DNA of 64,000 nt from a virus: the IMG/VR virus record IMGVR_UViG_3300033149_005152, positions 1 to 64,000 of that record. One strand, written 5' to 3'. The stretch's first letter is position 1; every line of letters starts with the position of its first letter. This document shows, piece by piece, positions 39,651-49,853 of this stretch. The position numbers were made by a program, and so were the translations under genes. The notes under the pieces are model-generated. The model saw only the letters and a list, made by a program, of their open reading frames with translations, was not told the DNA's origin and did not search any database.

Positions 39651-39909
39651 TTTTTTCCTCCAATTTTCTTTTAACGCAATATTTTATACAATCCCTCAAC
39701 TTTTCGGAATCATATCCACCCAATTTACATAAAACCTCAAAATCAGTTAATTTCTTTCTACCTTTAACAAATATCCAATTTTGAGCACTAATATATTCAT
39801 TACTAGCTAAATTTAATTCCGACAAATTAACAAAATCCTGAATAGCTCTCAATATAACCTTGTCTAACAAATATACAGCCTTATATTTGTCAACTTGTTC
39901 ATTTTCCAT
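39562..39909 (-). CDS. Hypothetical protein
   Basis: ORF. Confidence 0.6.
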   Translation of the reverse strand: MENEQVDKYKAVYLLDKVILRAIQDFVNLSELNLASNEYISAQNWIFVKGRKKLTDFEVLCKLGGYDSEKLRDCIKYCVKRKLEEKNVSKNKKAKVKCKAKHKIKRKIKCVVSSK

Positions 39910-39910
39910 C

Positions 39911-42391
39911 TTAATCTCGCACCTTCACCTTTTTTGCATTTCTTTCCGCTATAGACCAATTTTCTCCCTCCCCAATCTCAAATAAAAATTTATGATTGCC
40001 CAATTCAGGAATAGATTTCCCCATTTTCTCAATCATAATATCCCTAACTTCTTCAACCAATTCAACAGGAGTTTCCACCATTAACGAATCATAAACGATA
40101 TTAACAGGATATGGAATTTCCATAAGGGACCTAGAAGTTAATTTTCCATTTGCAAACCTCCTTTCAAATTCATGAACTATATTATAATTAGCATCTTTTG
40201 TAACCTCAACAGCACAATGTTGAGGCAAAATATTTAATACCTGATTTCTCTGATGGAAATCTTTAATATTAAAATCAGGAAATCTCCTTTTATACCCAAA
40301 AGGAGTTACTACATACCCATTCTTTTTAACCTTCTTTAAAAGATTAGTCTGAAAATCGGGTATCTTAGGATAATGGGAATAAATTCTATCCTTAATTTCT
40401 GAAACCTTTTCAACATCTATCCCCAAACTACGAGCCATACCTGCATCCGTGCTACCATAAATAAGTCCAAAATTAACTATTTTAGCATCCCTCCTTATTT
40501 TCTTTAACTTATTATAAATATATATCTTTTTCTTATCGTTCTCATCCAACTTTTTAAATTTGTCAGTAGCACTTATTCTTTTTAATTTCAAATATTCTTC
40601 ATCATAAATAGCTATTGCCGTTTCATGATGAGCATCCCCTTCCCCCCCATACAAATTCTGAATTATTTTCTCTTCACCGCAAAGGACACCCAAAATAAAA
40701 ATCTCTATCTGACTATAATCAGCAACTATAAAAGTATATCCTTCTTTTGCCACAAATAAAGACCGAATTGAAATAGACTCTTTCTCATCCCCTAAATCAA
40801 TTTCCCCATCAGCAGGAATGTTCATAATATTAGGATCACTTGAAGAAGGTCTCAATGTAATAGTACCAATATCGTTAATATTGGTATGAATCCTACCATC
40901 AGGAGTCTTTGAAAATTCAATTAATGCTTTTATATCCTTCGTCAACAATTTGTTTATACGTTTATATTTTGAAATGTAAGAAACAACGGGGTGCTCATCC
41001 ATTAATGCATTCAAAACCTCTTTATCCGTTGAAGGAGCACCTTTTTTCGTATATTTAACCTCAGTCAAATCAAGATCATCAAATAACAATTTCCTTACTT
41101 GTAGATGTGAATTTGGATTAAATTCGTCATCACCAGTTTCTAACTTTATTTTATTTAAAAAACCATCTTCCGCCCTTTTCAATTTCCTTTGCACATTTTT
41201 AACCTGGGATAAATTTATTCCTATTCCTCTCAATTCCATCTTCAAAGATACAAGTAAATTTCTCTGCATCCTTTTCTGAAAATAGGGCCAAACTTTTTCA
41301 GTTCTCATTTTAGAAACTATTTTTGGAAATATCCTCGCTAATGCATCAACATCACTTGCACCATAATTTATTAAAATATCCTTCGGTGCTTCAACCATTT
41401 TCTTTTTATACGCCTCGACAGGAAGCCAATAAAAACCCATCTCAGGAGCAAATAAAGAAACCAATGTATCTAAATCACGACTTCCACTTGTATTTTCATC
41501 AGTTAAATAATACATGGACAAAGTATCAAAAAACTCTCTTAAAGAAAATACATCAAAACCATTCTGGTATAAAAATCTTAAATCAAACTTAATATTTTGG
41601 CCTACAAGTTTATTTTTACTAATCAATTTATTAATCAATCTTATTAAAGTCGGATTAATTCCCAACCTATAAACAGGATAAATATATCCCACTCCCGATT
41701 TTTTAGTAAATTGAATAGACAATATTCCATTATCCCAATAAGTTAATCCGGTAGTTTCTAAATCAAAAAACAAAAATTCATTCCTTTGAGTCAATTCAGT
41801 AACTATTCTATTTAATTCTTTATTACTTTTTATCAAAATAGGTTTAGTAACAACAGAGGGTATTATTTTTTCTCCCAAATAAACCTTATAAGCAAATTTT
41901 AAATCCTCATACATCAGATCAACTTGATAAGGTTGACGTGCGGCAGGATGATATGTAGCAATAAGTTTAGCACCCATATATTCATATATCTGCCCTCTTG
42001 AATTCTTAATTTCTGCTTTACGTGTAAAAACTTTTAAAGCGCAAGCTCCTAATGCAATAATTAATTTAGGTTTTATTTTATTTATAACAAAATCTAAATA
42101 TGGTTTACACTGTTTACACACTTCATCATCCGGTTTTTCATTTCTCACATTGTAACACTTCACCACATTATCAAAAAATAATTCAGAAATATTAAAACCA
42201 GCTTTTTTTAATCCAGCCCTTATTCTTCCACCAGCTTGTCCATCAGGATGAAACGGTATATTATGTTCAGCCTCATTTGCACCAGGATTTTGACCCACCA
42301 CCATCACCTCAGCATGAATATTCCCTTTTCCCCAAACAGCCTTATTGAATTCATATTGACAATCATGACAATATTTTCTTAACTTTTTCAT
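39911..42391 (-). CDS. polA: Family A DNA polymerase with N-terminal family-4 UDG-like domain and 3'-5' exonuclease
   Basis: UDG: CxxC, VGQNPG, NVVKC, YHPAA; exo: DLETTGL, QNIKFD, YGASD; pol: DYSQIE, RRDAKIVNFGLIYG, VYDS. Confidence 0.93.
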   Translation of the reverse strand: MKKLRKYCHDCQYEFNKAVWGKGNIHAEVMVVGQNPGANEAEHNIPFHPDGQAGGRIRAGLKKAGFNISELFFDNVVKCYNVRNEKPDDEVCKQCKPYLDFVINKIKPKLIIALGACALKVFTRKAEIKNSRGQIYEYMGAKLIATYHPAARQPYQVDLMYEDLKFAYKVYLGEKIIPSVVTKPILIKSNKELNRIVTELTQRNEFLFFDLETTGLTYWDNGILSIQFTKKSGVGYIYPVYRLGINPTLIRLINKLISKNKLVGQNIKFDLRFLYQNGFDVFSLREFFDTLSMYYLTDENTSGSRDLDTLVSLFAPEMGFYWLPVEAYKKKMVEAPKDILINYGASDVDALARIFPKIVSKMRTEKVWPYFQKRMQRNLLVSLKMELRGIGINLSQVKNVQRKLKRAEDGFLNKIKLETGDDEFNPNSHLQVRKLLFDDLDLTEVKYTKKGAPSTDKEVLNALMDEHPVVSYISKYKRINKLLTKDIKALIEFSKTPDGRIHTNINDIGTITLRPSSSDPNIMNIPADGEIDLGDEKESISIRSLFVAKEGYTFIVADYSQIEIFILGVLCGEEKIIQNLYGGEGDAHHETAIAIYDEEYLKLKRISATDKFKKLDENDKKKIYIYNKLKKIRRDAKIVNFGLIYGSTDAGMARSLGIDVEKVSEIKDRIYSHYPKIPDFQTNLLKKVKKNGYVVTPFGYKRRFPDFNIKDFHQRNQVLNILPQHCAVEVTKDANYNIVHEFERRFANGKLTSRSLMEIPYPVNIVYDSLMVETPVELVEEVRDIMIEKMGKSIPELGNHKFLFEIGEGENWSIAERNAKKVKVRD

Positions 42392-42627
42392 TTATTTTTT
42401 CCTAATCTAGAATGAGTCAATTCATGAGGAGATAAAGCCGAAAGATAGACGTGCCCATTAGTCATAATTATAACAGACATAGTAGGTTGATCTCTAGAAC
42501 ATGAATAAAGTATATTTTCTTTTCTTGCTTGTTTTATAACTCTCTTAATTGGATTACTATTAGGTTCTAAAATAGATTCTATACTACTTATTTTCAAATG
42601 ACAATCATATCCTATATTGACCATCAT
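42388..42627 (-). CDS. RemA/DUF370-family DNA-binding regulator homologue
   Basis: NIG....., S.PIKR.I..AR, SVIIM..GHVYLSAL.P..L..RL match the RemA consensus as I recall it. Confidence 0.8.
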   Translation of the reverse strand: MMVNIGYDCHLKISSIESILEPNSNPIKRVIKQARKENILYSCSRDQPTMSVIIMTNGHVYLSALSPHELTHSRLGKNK

Positions 42628-42683
42628 AATCCCCTCCTAATCAAATCCCAAAAATCTCAAAATCTTCCTTCCTTATCACATCC

Positions 42684-43526
42684 TTATATGGGAGAAAATC
42701 CATCCCAAAACTCAGTTGATTTTATTTTTCTTCTTAAATCGTCATATTCCCAATCATCAGGTTGCGGACGTTCTTTTGATAACTTTATTACTTTTACCTT
42801 AAACTGCTTAAACAATTTCCTCGCCGCTTTATAAGTTTCCTTTTCAGCACCATAATCCCATAACAAAACTATTTCATCAAATCCTTTATTCACCAATTTC
42901 TTTATTTGAATATCAGATAATGAACATCCAAAACTTGCCATAAATCCAAATTGAATAGCAGGAAATACTCCCTCCACTATCACACCCAGATCATTTCTTT
43001 GATTATCTATATTATAGATATAATGACTCACTTGAGAATTTTTTGAAAATAAATATTTTGTTTTCCGTTTCCCACTCAAATCTCTGGCTACAAAAAAAAC
43101 CATATTTCCTTTATCATAAATGGGAACTATCACCATATCTATATAATTACCACCATAACAATATAAAATATTCCTACTTTCTATTTCTTCTCTTGAAATG
43201 TTCCTATTCTCTAAATATTTTAAAGCTCTCCTACTTTTTAAAGCAGATACAACAAAATCCAACTTTAAATCATCTATACCTTCTTGTTTTGCTATATTTT
43301 TAAATATAGAAACTTGATCTATCTGTTTTATTAATCCTAAACTTCTCATCAATTCCATAAAAGAAATTTTTTCCTTACACCTTTGACAATAACCTACTTT
43401 TTTATAAATATTAAAATATAAATGTTTGGGCTTATTACATTTAGGGCAAGTTAATATAATTTCTCCATGCGAATTAGGAAATGAAACATCTATTCCCCTT
43501 TTTTGTAACAATTCAACCAAATTCAT
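42684..43526 (-). CDS. DNA primase (zinc finger + TOPRIM)
   Basis: CPKC..H...CQRC, FFVARD..KYL, IVEGVF, LLWD. Confidence 0.85.
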   Translation of the reverse strand: MNLVELLQKRGIDVSFPNSHGEIILTCPKCNKPKHLYFNIYKKVGYCQRCKEKISFMELMRSLGLIKQIDQVSIFKNIAKQEGIDDLKLDFVVSALKSRRALKYLENRNISREEIESRNILYCYGGNYIDMVIVPIYDKGNMVFFVARDLSGKRKTKYLFSKNSQVSHYIYNIDNQRNDLGVIVEGVFPAIQFGFMASFGCSLSDIQIKKLVNKGFDEIVLLWDYGAEKETYKAARKLFKQFKVKVIKLSKERPQPDDWEYDDLRRKIKSTEFWDGFSPI

Positions 43527-44832
43527 TTCTTATCCTTCGGGATAATTTTCTATAAAATTGCCCTTTCACAAAATTAGTATAAATAGGAATCTGTATACCT
43601 GCCCTCTCATTTCTATTTTTACCAAGATATATCCTTATTTTACTTTCTTTTTCCTCGTCCTTCGTTTGATTCAAAGAAATCATTACGTCAGCTATCGCCG
43701 GTTTTAAACGACTTGCTCCACAATCACCCATAGTTAATATTTCCTTATCCTCTGTTCCACTTTTAGTCCATGCGGCAGTCCATACAGCAGAATTATATTT
43801 TTGACCAAATCCCTTTAATTCTTGATAAATATCACCTTGTTCCCTATGAATAGAATAAGCATCAGAAAATCCCCGTGAACTCATGGACATCATTAAATCA
43901 GCAGAATCTATTACAATTAAATCCGGACTAAAACCTTTAGACTTCAATGATCTAATAATTTCATCCATATTTTTAACAGAAAATCCGGTAGGATATGAAC
44001 TTATTATCAAATTACCATTATATACTTTTGAAAACCTATCTATTTTTTTTGAAAATAATCCCTGTTCACTAATTAATTCATTAATTTTCACGCCAGTAAA
44101 CGCAGAATCCATTCTCATCGCAATAACGTCATAAGGCATTTCCAAGGTTATAAACCAAACTTTTAAATTTTGTAATATTCCTGCTTTTGCAACATGAACG
44201 AGAAAAAAGGTCTTTCCTACATTTGGATGAGCCAATACAAAACCCAATTCTCCTCTTGCTAAACCATTCAACAACAAACATTGATCCAATTCTGTAATCA
44301 ACGTACGAATAGCTCTTATTGGATTTTTTAATCTACGAACCATACGTTGTTTTATATCTTCAAAGTAATCATAATCTTCAGATCTAATCATAGCTATCCT
44401 AAAAGAATTATAGAAATGATTCTCTAATTCATCTATATCTTCATTAGTTAAATCTTCTATTCGACCGCTGAGTAATTGACCCGCATTATAAATAGAATTA
44501 CGAATTGCTTGAATTCTAATCCATAACAAAATTCTATCATTAATATACTTTTCTTCAAATTCAGAGACAGGATTAGAAATTCTTCTAAAAATTTTAAGCC
44601 ACATCTCTTTATCTTCAATAGTATCTACTCGATCAAGAAATTTAGATTTTAGTATCTTCCAATCGGGATAAATACCATATTGTTTACTAAGAGATGTCGC
44701 TTCTTCAAATATTATACCCAATTCTCCAACAGAAAAAAAATCTTTTGTTATATATATATTTATAGGTAAATTAACCTTATTCTTCAAAATTAAATTTATA
44801 AACTTATACTCATAATCAGATGTAAGTTCCAA
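43513..44832 (-). CDS. DnaB-like replicative helicase
   Basis: AHPNVGKT, FITLEM, IVIDSAD, KNRN; TTG start after GGAGGA. Confidence 0.9.
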   Translation of the reverse strand: MELTSDYEYKFINLILKNKVNLPINIYITKDFFSVGELGIIFEEATSLSKQYGIYPDWKILKSKFLDRVDTIEDKEMWLKIFRRISNPVSEFEEKYINDRILLWIRIQAIRNSIYNAGQLLSGRIEDLTNEDIDELENHFYNSFRIAMIRSEDYDYFEDIKQRMVRRLKNPIRAIRTLITELDQCLLLNGLARGELGFVLAHPNVGKTFFLVHVAKAGILQNLKVWFITLEMPYDVIAMRMDSAFTGVKINELISEQGLFSKKIDRFSKVYNGNLIISSYPTGFSVKNMDEIIRSLKSKGFSPDLIVIDSADLMMSMSSRGFSDAYSIHREQGDIYQELKGFGQKYNSAVWTAAWTKSGTEDKEILTMGDCGASRLKPAIADVMISLNQTKDEEKESKIRIYLGKNRNERAGIQIPIYTNFVKGQFYRKLSRRIRNEFG

Positions 44833-44948
44833 ATCACTTCGTCCTCCCTTAAAGAACAAATGATACTGTCTCCCTTTCTTCGATCCTAAATCCTTTTTCC
44901 GTGCTTTCCAAACATAATTTGTAACTTATTTCTCATAATTACCACCTT

Positions 44949-45338
44949 TTAATAATCAAAAATTTGAATTGCTTTTTCAACAGAAATTGACCAAATATCA
45001 GCTAAATATTCTATTTCCTCTCTTACTTCTTTTTCACTTATTGGTTTAACGACAATGTAATTAGGATTTCCGATATATTTGAAATAAATATCAAAACTAT
45101 TTTTAGAGAGTAATTGTGAAGGATATAAATACTTCTTATAAATCTTATAATGGGCCTTTATATACTTTATTAAATCTATTTCTTTATTATTTTTACGCTC
45201 GTAATCTTCTACTCTTTTAATCAACTTCTCGAATATTTCTAATCCTTTTTCCCTTTTCCTACCATACTTCCATCTGTTATAATTCAATTCCCCATACTCT
45301 AAAAAAAATCTGTGAAGAAAAACAGCATCTCTTTTCAT
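44949..45338 (-). CDS. Hypothetical protein (possible helicase-associated)
   Basis: ORF between the two helicases. Confidence 0.55.
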   Translation of the reverse strand: MKRDAVFLHRFFLEYGELNYNRWKYGRKREKGLEIFEKLIKRVEDYERKNNKEIDLIKYIKAHYKIYKKYLYPSQLLSKNSFDIYFKYIGNPNYIVVKPISEKEVREEIEYLADIWSISVEKAIQIFDY

Positions 45339-45757
45339 TATTTTTTATCTAACTGTTGCAATTCCATTAACAAACTCATTATTTCCATTGATTCATTATC
45401 ATGATCAGATTTTTCTTCGAGTTTATTATGTAAATAATTCAATGCGGATGTCGGCAATGTTATAACTTGTTCATTTCTTAAAATTTTAGGAACCAAATAA
45501 ATAGCTAACATCCAATTCTTATTTGGTAAAAATAAATTAATTAATAAAAATATACATAAAGCTATTATTGATTTCTTAATCAAATTTTTAGCATTTGCCA
45601 TATCCTTCTCTAACTTCCCACCGCAATTACTAAAAGCGGCTATCCAATAAACAATTGACACAATAATTGCAAATATCGAAAATACAACAAAAAGACTATT
45701 CAATTGTTGTATCTGACCAAGAAAAAACCACAAATAAATCAACAATTCCATGATCAA
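45338..45757 (-). CDS. Membrane protein
   Basis: Two to three TM helices. Confidence 0.65.
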   Translation of the reverse strand: MIMELLIYLWFFLGQIQQLNSLFVVFSIFAIIVSIVYWIAAFSNCGGKLEKDMANAKNLIKKSIIALCIFLLINLFLPNKNWMLAIYLVPKILRNEQVITLPTSALNYLHNKLEEKSDHDNESMEIMSLLMELQQLDKK

Positions 45758-47187
45758 TCCTCCATCAAATTAATCTTAAATCCTTCATTTTCATAAATTC
45801 TCAGTCTCTCTTCAGAATGTTTTTCACAATAATACTGTTGATGATCATAAAAGTCTATTACCTCAAGCTCATTATTATTCTCTTTCCTTCTCATTCCCCT
45901 ACCTGGCCTCTGTATCGCTTTTATCTCTGATTTTTCTCCACCAGCCAAAACCAAACAATTAATTTTAGGAATGTCAATACCCTGGTCAAATATCGTTGTA
46001 GTAATAACAACTTTATTTTTACCCTGTCTAAAATCTTTCCTCACTTTGTTACGAAAATCCATATCATCTTGACCATGAATATATTCTACATCAATCCCTT
46101 TCTCCCATAATTTATTTTGTAATATTCTACCATGTTCCACTCTTAAACATAAAATCAAAATATGTTTTCCTTTTTTTAACCTATCAATTACCTTTTCCAC
46201 AAGCAAATTATTTCTTACTTCATTTTCCACAATAGCAATATTATAAATTTCATGATAATCACCCTTTCTAGGTAATCCAACAGGCTCATGAACAGGAAAC
46301 ATATTAACAATTACACTTGATAAAATACCCTTTTTCATTAATTCTTCGGATGTTATTTTATCTAACAAACCTCCTACCCATCCCCTTAAATACCAATCAC
46401 ATATATCTTTTCTCTTAAAAGGAGTACCAGAAAAACCAAATCTATAATAAGCGTTTGGCATAAAACGCATTATTTTATAATAAGTAGCATCATTAAAAAA
46501 ATGACATTCATCTATAATTACACAATTCACTTTATCTAAAAATTCAATTATTTTTTTATCTTTGTTTTTTAATAAAGATGCGAGAGTTTCCACCATACCA
46601 ATCGAAACTTTCTTCTCCGTCTCCCTTCGAGACCCCGCTATAACTCCAGGAATAAACCCAAAATGATTAAATTCATCTTCAAATTGACTTAATAAATCTC
46701 TTTTATTGAGAAATATAACAGTATTTACATTAAAAGATCGTGCAATTAAAAAAATAGCCCCTGTCTTACCAGAACCAACCGGATACTGAAAAACTCCCCT
46801 ATTCCAATTCATATTCCTAAACTTCTTAGATTTAGCTATCTCCCACGCATTATATTGTATTCTTGCAATATTGTCATTAAATTTGTTACCAAAAATCCTT
46901 GATAATAAATCACACCAATCGTCAAAAGAAATCTCATTAAATTTATTATTTTGAAACTTCCTTCTATCCTCTAATTCAAACTCTATGTTTTTCTTTCCCA
47001 AATAAGGAAGAAATCCAGTTGGAAATTTATTCCAATCAAAAAATCTTTTATATCCATCCCATCCGCACTTGTATGCATTTGTATATGGAGCACTAGGAAT
47101 AAAAAATGAGAGAGATTCATAAATTCGTTTTTTTTCTTTTAAAGTACCAATTACTTTAACATAATCGTTATTCACCAGCATTTTCAT
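45754..47187 (-). CDS. SF2 (UvsW-like) DNA helicase
   Basis: PVGSGKT, DECH, FSGTP, GIDIP, QRPGRGMR. Confidence 0.92.
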   Translation of the reverse strand: MKMLVNNDYVKVIGTLKEKKRIYESLSFFIPSAPYTNAYKCGWDGYKRFFDWNKFPTGFLPYLGKKNIEFELEDRRKFQNNKFNEISFDDWCDLLSRIFGNKFNDNIARIQYNAWEIAKSKKFRNMNWNRGVFQYPVGSGKTGAIFLIARSFNVNTVIFLNKRDLLSQFEDEFNHFGFIPGVIAGSRRETEKKVSIGMVETLASLLKNKDKKIIEFLDKVNCVIIDECHFFNDATYYKIMRFMPNAYYRFGFSGTPFKRKDICDWYLRGWVGGLLDKITSEELMKKGILSSVIVNMFPVHEPVGLPRKGDYHEIYNIAIVENEVRNNLLVEKVIDRLKKGKHILILCLRVEHGRILQNKLWEKGIDVEYIHGQDDMDFRNKVRKDFRQGKNKVVITTTIFDQGIDIPKINCLVLAGGEKSEIKAIQRPGRGMRRKENNNELEVIDFYDHQQYYCEKHSEERLRIYENEGFKINLMED

Positions 47188-47205
47188 TTCAATTACCCAA
47201 ATAAT

Positions 47206-47233
47206 AGAGCGGGACAAAAACTTATCCCGCTCT
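47206..47233 (-). terminator. Hairpin/terminator after the acidic protein gene
   Basis: AGAGCGGGA...TCCCGCTCT inverted repeat with AT-rich flanks. Confidence 0.7.
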
Positions 47234-47249
47234 TATTAATTTATTAAAT

Positions 47250-48071
47250 TTAATCAGAATCAACTTCCCGCATTTTTATTCCAGCAGCTAACAAACCCTT
47301 TTGCGTATAGGCAGCATTGAATTTTTTTCCAGCCTTCCCCGAAAATTTCAACTCAACCTTTTTTGGAGAAGGTTTCCTTACAACTTTCCCCTCTATTATC
47401 TCATCCTTATAATTCACATAAACAGAAGTATGTTTATCAAGCATATCAATTTCAGCTGGAACTAAATCATCAGGCTCATCCTCTTCATCAGGCTCATCTT
47501 CTTCATCAAGCTCATCTTCTTCATCAAGCTCATCTTCCTCATCAGGCTCATCTTCTTCATCAAGCTCATCTTCTTCATCAGGCTCATCTTCATATTTAAC
47601 TTCAATCCCAAATTCATTATAAGCTTCTTCGTCATAAGTTTCCACATCATCATCATCCCACTCAATAGTAACCACCCTTTTATTCCTCTTTCCTCCTCCC
47701 TCAACGGCCGTAACCACACCCATCTGTCCAGTATTTGGGTCTCTTACAATATCATCAACCTCCAATTCTGAAAAATCAGGGTGTTCAAAACTAATTCCCC
47801 CTTCATCAGTCTCATCTTCCCCATTATCCCCACCAAGATCAGCATTATAAACATCTTCTTCAATATCAAGATCAGGAGGCTCAACATTAGAAAGAACTTT
47901 AGCAAGACTTTTAAATGATTTTTCAGTTCTCTCCGATAATTTATCCACTAAATCAATTAATACAGTCAATGATTCCTGAATCGTCTCAAAAACACTTTTC
48001 TCAACATTCCTTTCTACATTTTTCATAATAGATTTTTTTTCAGCTACCTTAGGTCTGCCCCGTTTTGCCAT
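47250..48071 (-). CDS. Very acidic protein with N-terminal AT-hook and two SH3/Tudor-like beta modules
   Basis: MAKRGRPK; (EEDE[P/L]D)n linker; first gene of the replication operon. Confidence 0.65.
   Translation of the reverse strand: MAKRGRPKVAEKKSIMKNVERNVEKSVFETIQESLTVLIDLVDKLSERTEKSFKSLAKVLSNVEPPDLDIEEDVYNADLGGDNGEDETDEGGISFEHPDFSELEVDDIVRDPNTGQMGVVTAVEGGGKRNKRVVTIEWDDDDVETYDEEAYNEFGIEVKYEDEPDEEDELDEEDEPDEEDELDEEDELDEEDEPDEEDEPDDLVPAEIDMLDKHTSVYVNYKDEIIEGKVVRKPSPKKVELKFSGKAGKKFNAAYTQKGLLAAGIKMREVDSD
47469..47592. repeat. 18-nt tandem repeat, about 7 copies (EEDE[P/L]D)
   Basis: TCATCA[A/G]GCTCATCTTC units read directly. Confidence 0.9.
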
Positions 48072-48128
48072 TATTTTTCTCCTTCTGTAAATTAAATTGG
48101 TGAAAATATAAAAACATCCAATACTATT

Positions 48129-48156
48129 ACTGTACCATATTTTTTCCCAATGTCAA
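48129..48156 (-). promoter_or_regulatory. Sigma70-like promoter for the replication operon
   Basis: TTGACA-16bp-TACAGT with TG extension. Confidence 0.7.
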
Positions 48157-48328
48157 GAACTATCTTACCTCCTCTCTCCAAACGTCAATATTATTAACTA
48201 CTTATCAAACAACCCTACCTCTAACCGATAAAAATATCAAAAACGTTTCAAAGTTCATAAACATGCAAATTTAGCTCATATTTTAATCATTAACGAGCTA
48301 TTCCACAATAATCGTTATTTCCACATCC

Positions 48329-48356
48329 TTGACTTCTTGAAAAAGTATGTTATACT
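48329..48356 (+). promoter_or_regulatory. Plus-strand sigma70-like promoter
   Basis: TTGACT-16bp-TATACT with TG extension; 28/33 identical to the promoter at 27077-27109. Confidence 0.65.
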
Positions 48357-48400
48357 ATAACTGGATGGTAGGGGGAGATAATATATCTTCTTCGTTTTCT

Positions 48401-48604
48401 TTATTTAATTTTAAATTTTTCTTGTAATAACATATATTTTCTTTTTCCAAGTACAGCTAAATCATAAAATCCTAATTTATTAGCCAGATCAACAACACAA
48501 TCATAGTCATACATATTACATAAACCACTTTTCCTTATATATTCGTATTGTTTTATAACATTATGCTTGTATTCCTCGTTTTCTTCAACCATATCAGTTA
48601 CCAT
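48401..48604 (-). CDS. DUF5049-like protein
   Basis: IRKSGLCNMYD...LA..LGFYDL. Confidence 0.7.
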   Translation of the reverse strand: MVTDMVEENEEYKHNVIKQYEYIRKSGLCNMYDYDCVVDLANKLGFYDLAVLGKRKYMLLQEKFKIK

Positions 48605-49115
48605 CTTTTTTTTCTTTACCCTTATCAAAATCGAAATCTTCAAATGGATTTTTTTCTCCTTTAATTACATCCTCATTATATTTTCCAAACAATTCAAGAA
48701 ACTCATTTAAAAACTCGTCTACTTCCACATCTTGCGATTCATCTTTTAACTCCCCCATAATTTTTTCTATGTTGTGTACTCCATTTTTTAATTCTTTCAT
48801 AATTTCTGAATAACGACGTTTTATATCTAAAATAAATAAACGCTTAATAAATTTTACTTCTTCTACCATTTTATCACTATTCGTAACTATTGAAAGATGT
48901 ATTATACTATCTAAAAGAACTAATAGCAACATATCTCTATTAAAACAATAATTTATCATGAAAATACGAAAATAACGATTTTTATCTTCCCTATTTTCAA
49001 GTTCTTCTGTTCTTATAGTCAATTCTTTGTTTTTATTTATTAAAGCAGTTTCAACTTCATTAAATCTTTCATTTATTTGATCTATTACTTTTTGTAATTT
49101 ATCCTCATCTATCAT
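48594..49115 (-). CDS. Hypothetical coiled-coil protein
   Basis: ORF with GGAGG SD. Confidence 0.6.
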   Translation of the reverse strand: MIDEDKLQKVIDQINERFNEVETALINKNKELTIRTEELENREDKNRYFRIFMINYCFNRDMLLLVLLDSIIHLSIVTNSDKMVEEVKFIKRLFILDIKRRYSEIMKELKNGVHNIEKIMGELKDESQDVEVDEFLNEFLELFGKYNEDVIKGEKNPFEDFDFDKGKEKKDGN

Positions 49116-49263
49116 CTTTCCTCCATTTTTTTAATATTATCAAATTAATCTTACATTTTCGATAAGATAATCAAGAACTTCATAAAAAGTTTGGGTGTCA
49201 TCATCATCAATTTGACAAATATCACAAATACCCTCAGCAATTTCTTTCATTACTTCATTTTCT

Positions 49264-49524
49264 TCATCTTGTTTTGTTATCATTATTTTCTCCTTTATCT
49301 TTTTCTGATTTGATTCTTTCTATTTCTAATTCAACTTTTTCTATTCTCAAATCAAGAAAATCATTATCATTTCTTAATCCAACAATACTTAACTCGTTTG
49401 CCATAATAGTACCTCTCCAACGATTATAAAACATTATAATTCTAAAAGTAGCATATACATCAGCTATTATAACCAAAATAAGTATTATAACTACCCATTC
49501 CATTATTTTCTCCTTTTTATCCAC
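49264..49524 (-). CDS. Membrane protein
   Basis: N-terminal TM helix plus coiled coil. Confidence 0.55.
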   Translation of the reverse strand: MDKKEKIMEWVVIILILVIIADVYATFRIIMFYNRWRGTIMANELSIVGLRNDNDFLDLRIEKVELEIERIKSEKDKGENNDNKTR

Positions 49525-49667
49525 AATAAGGATTGTCTAAAAGATTAAATCCAGAAATATCAATTGATATTTCCTTCAAAACCTCCGCAACTTTTTCATC
49601 CCACCAATCGCACCATATCTGATCTTTATCTATAATAATCATCATTTGTTCTCTTTTTTTGGTCATT

Positions 49668-49853
49668 TTAACTCCTTAATTTAATGTTATCTACTAACTC
49701 GATATAATATTCCTCTTTTTTACGATGATCTAATTCATCCCCCATTTCTCTCAATATATCATCAATTCGATCATAACAACTACTACCTTCAAAACCAAAA
49801 CCCTCAATAGAAAAATCCCCGTTTTTATCAATAATTATTTCCCAACGTGCCAT
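49668..49853 (-). CDS. DUF2997-family protein
   Basis: I.IDKNG...IEG.GF.GSSC......LG......K.EYY. Confidence 0.8.
   Translation of the reverse strand: MARWEIIIDKNGDFSIEGFGFEGSSCYDRIDDILREMGDELDHRKKEEYYIELVDNIKLRS

Noticed and set aside
47363-47719. Repetitive ORFs (HQAHLL)n and (MKKMSL)n
   Set aside because: Alternative-frame readings of the 18-nt repeat in the acidic protein gene
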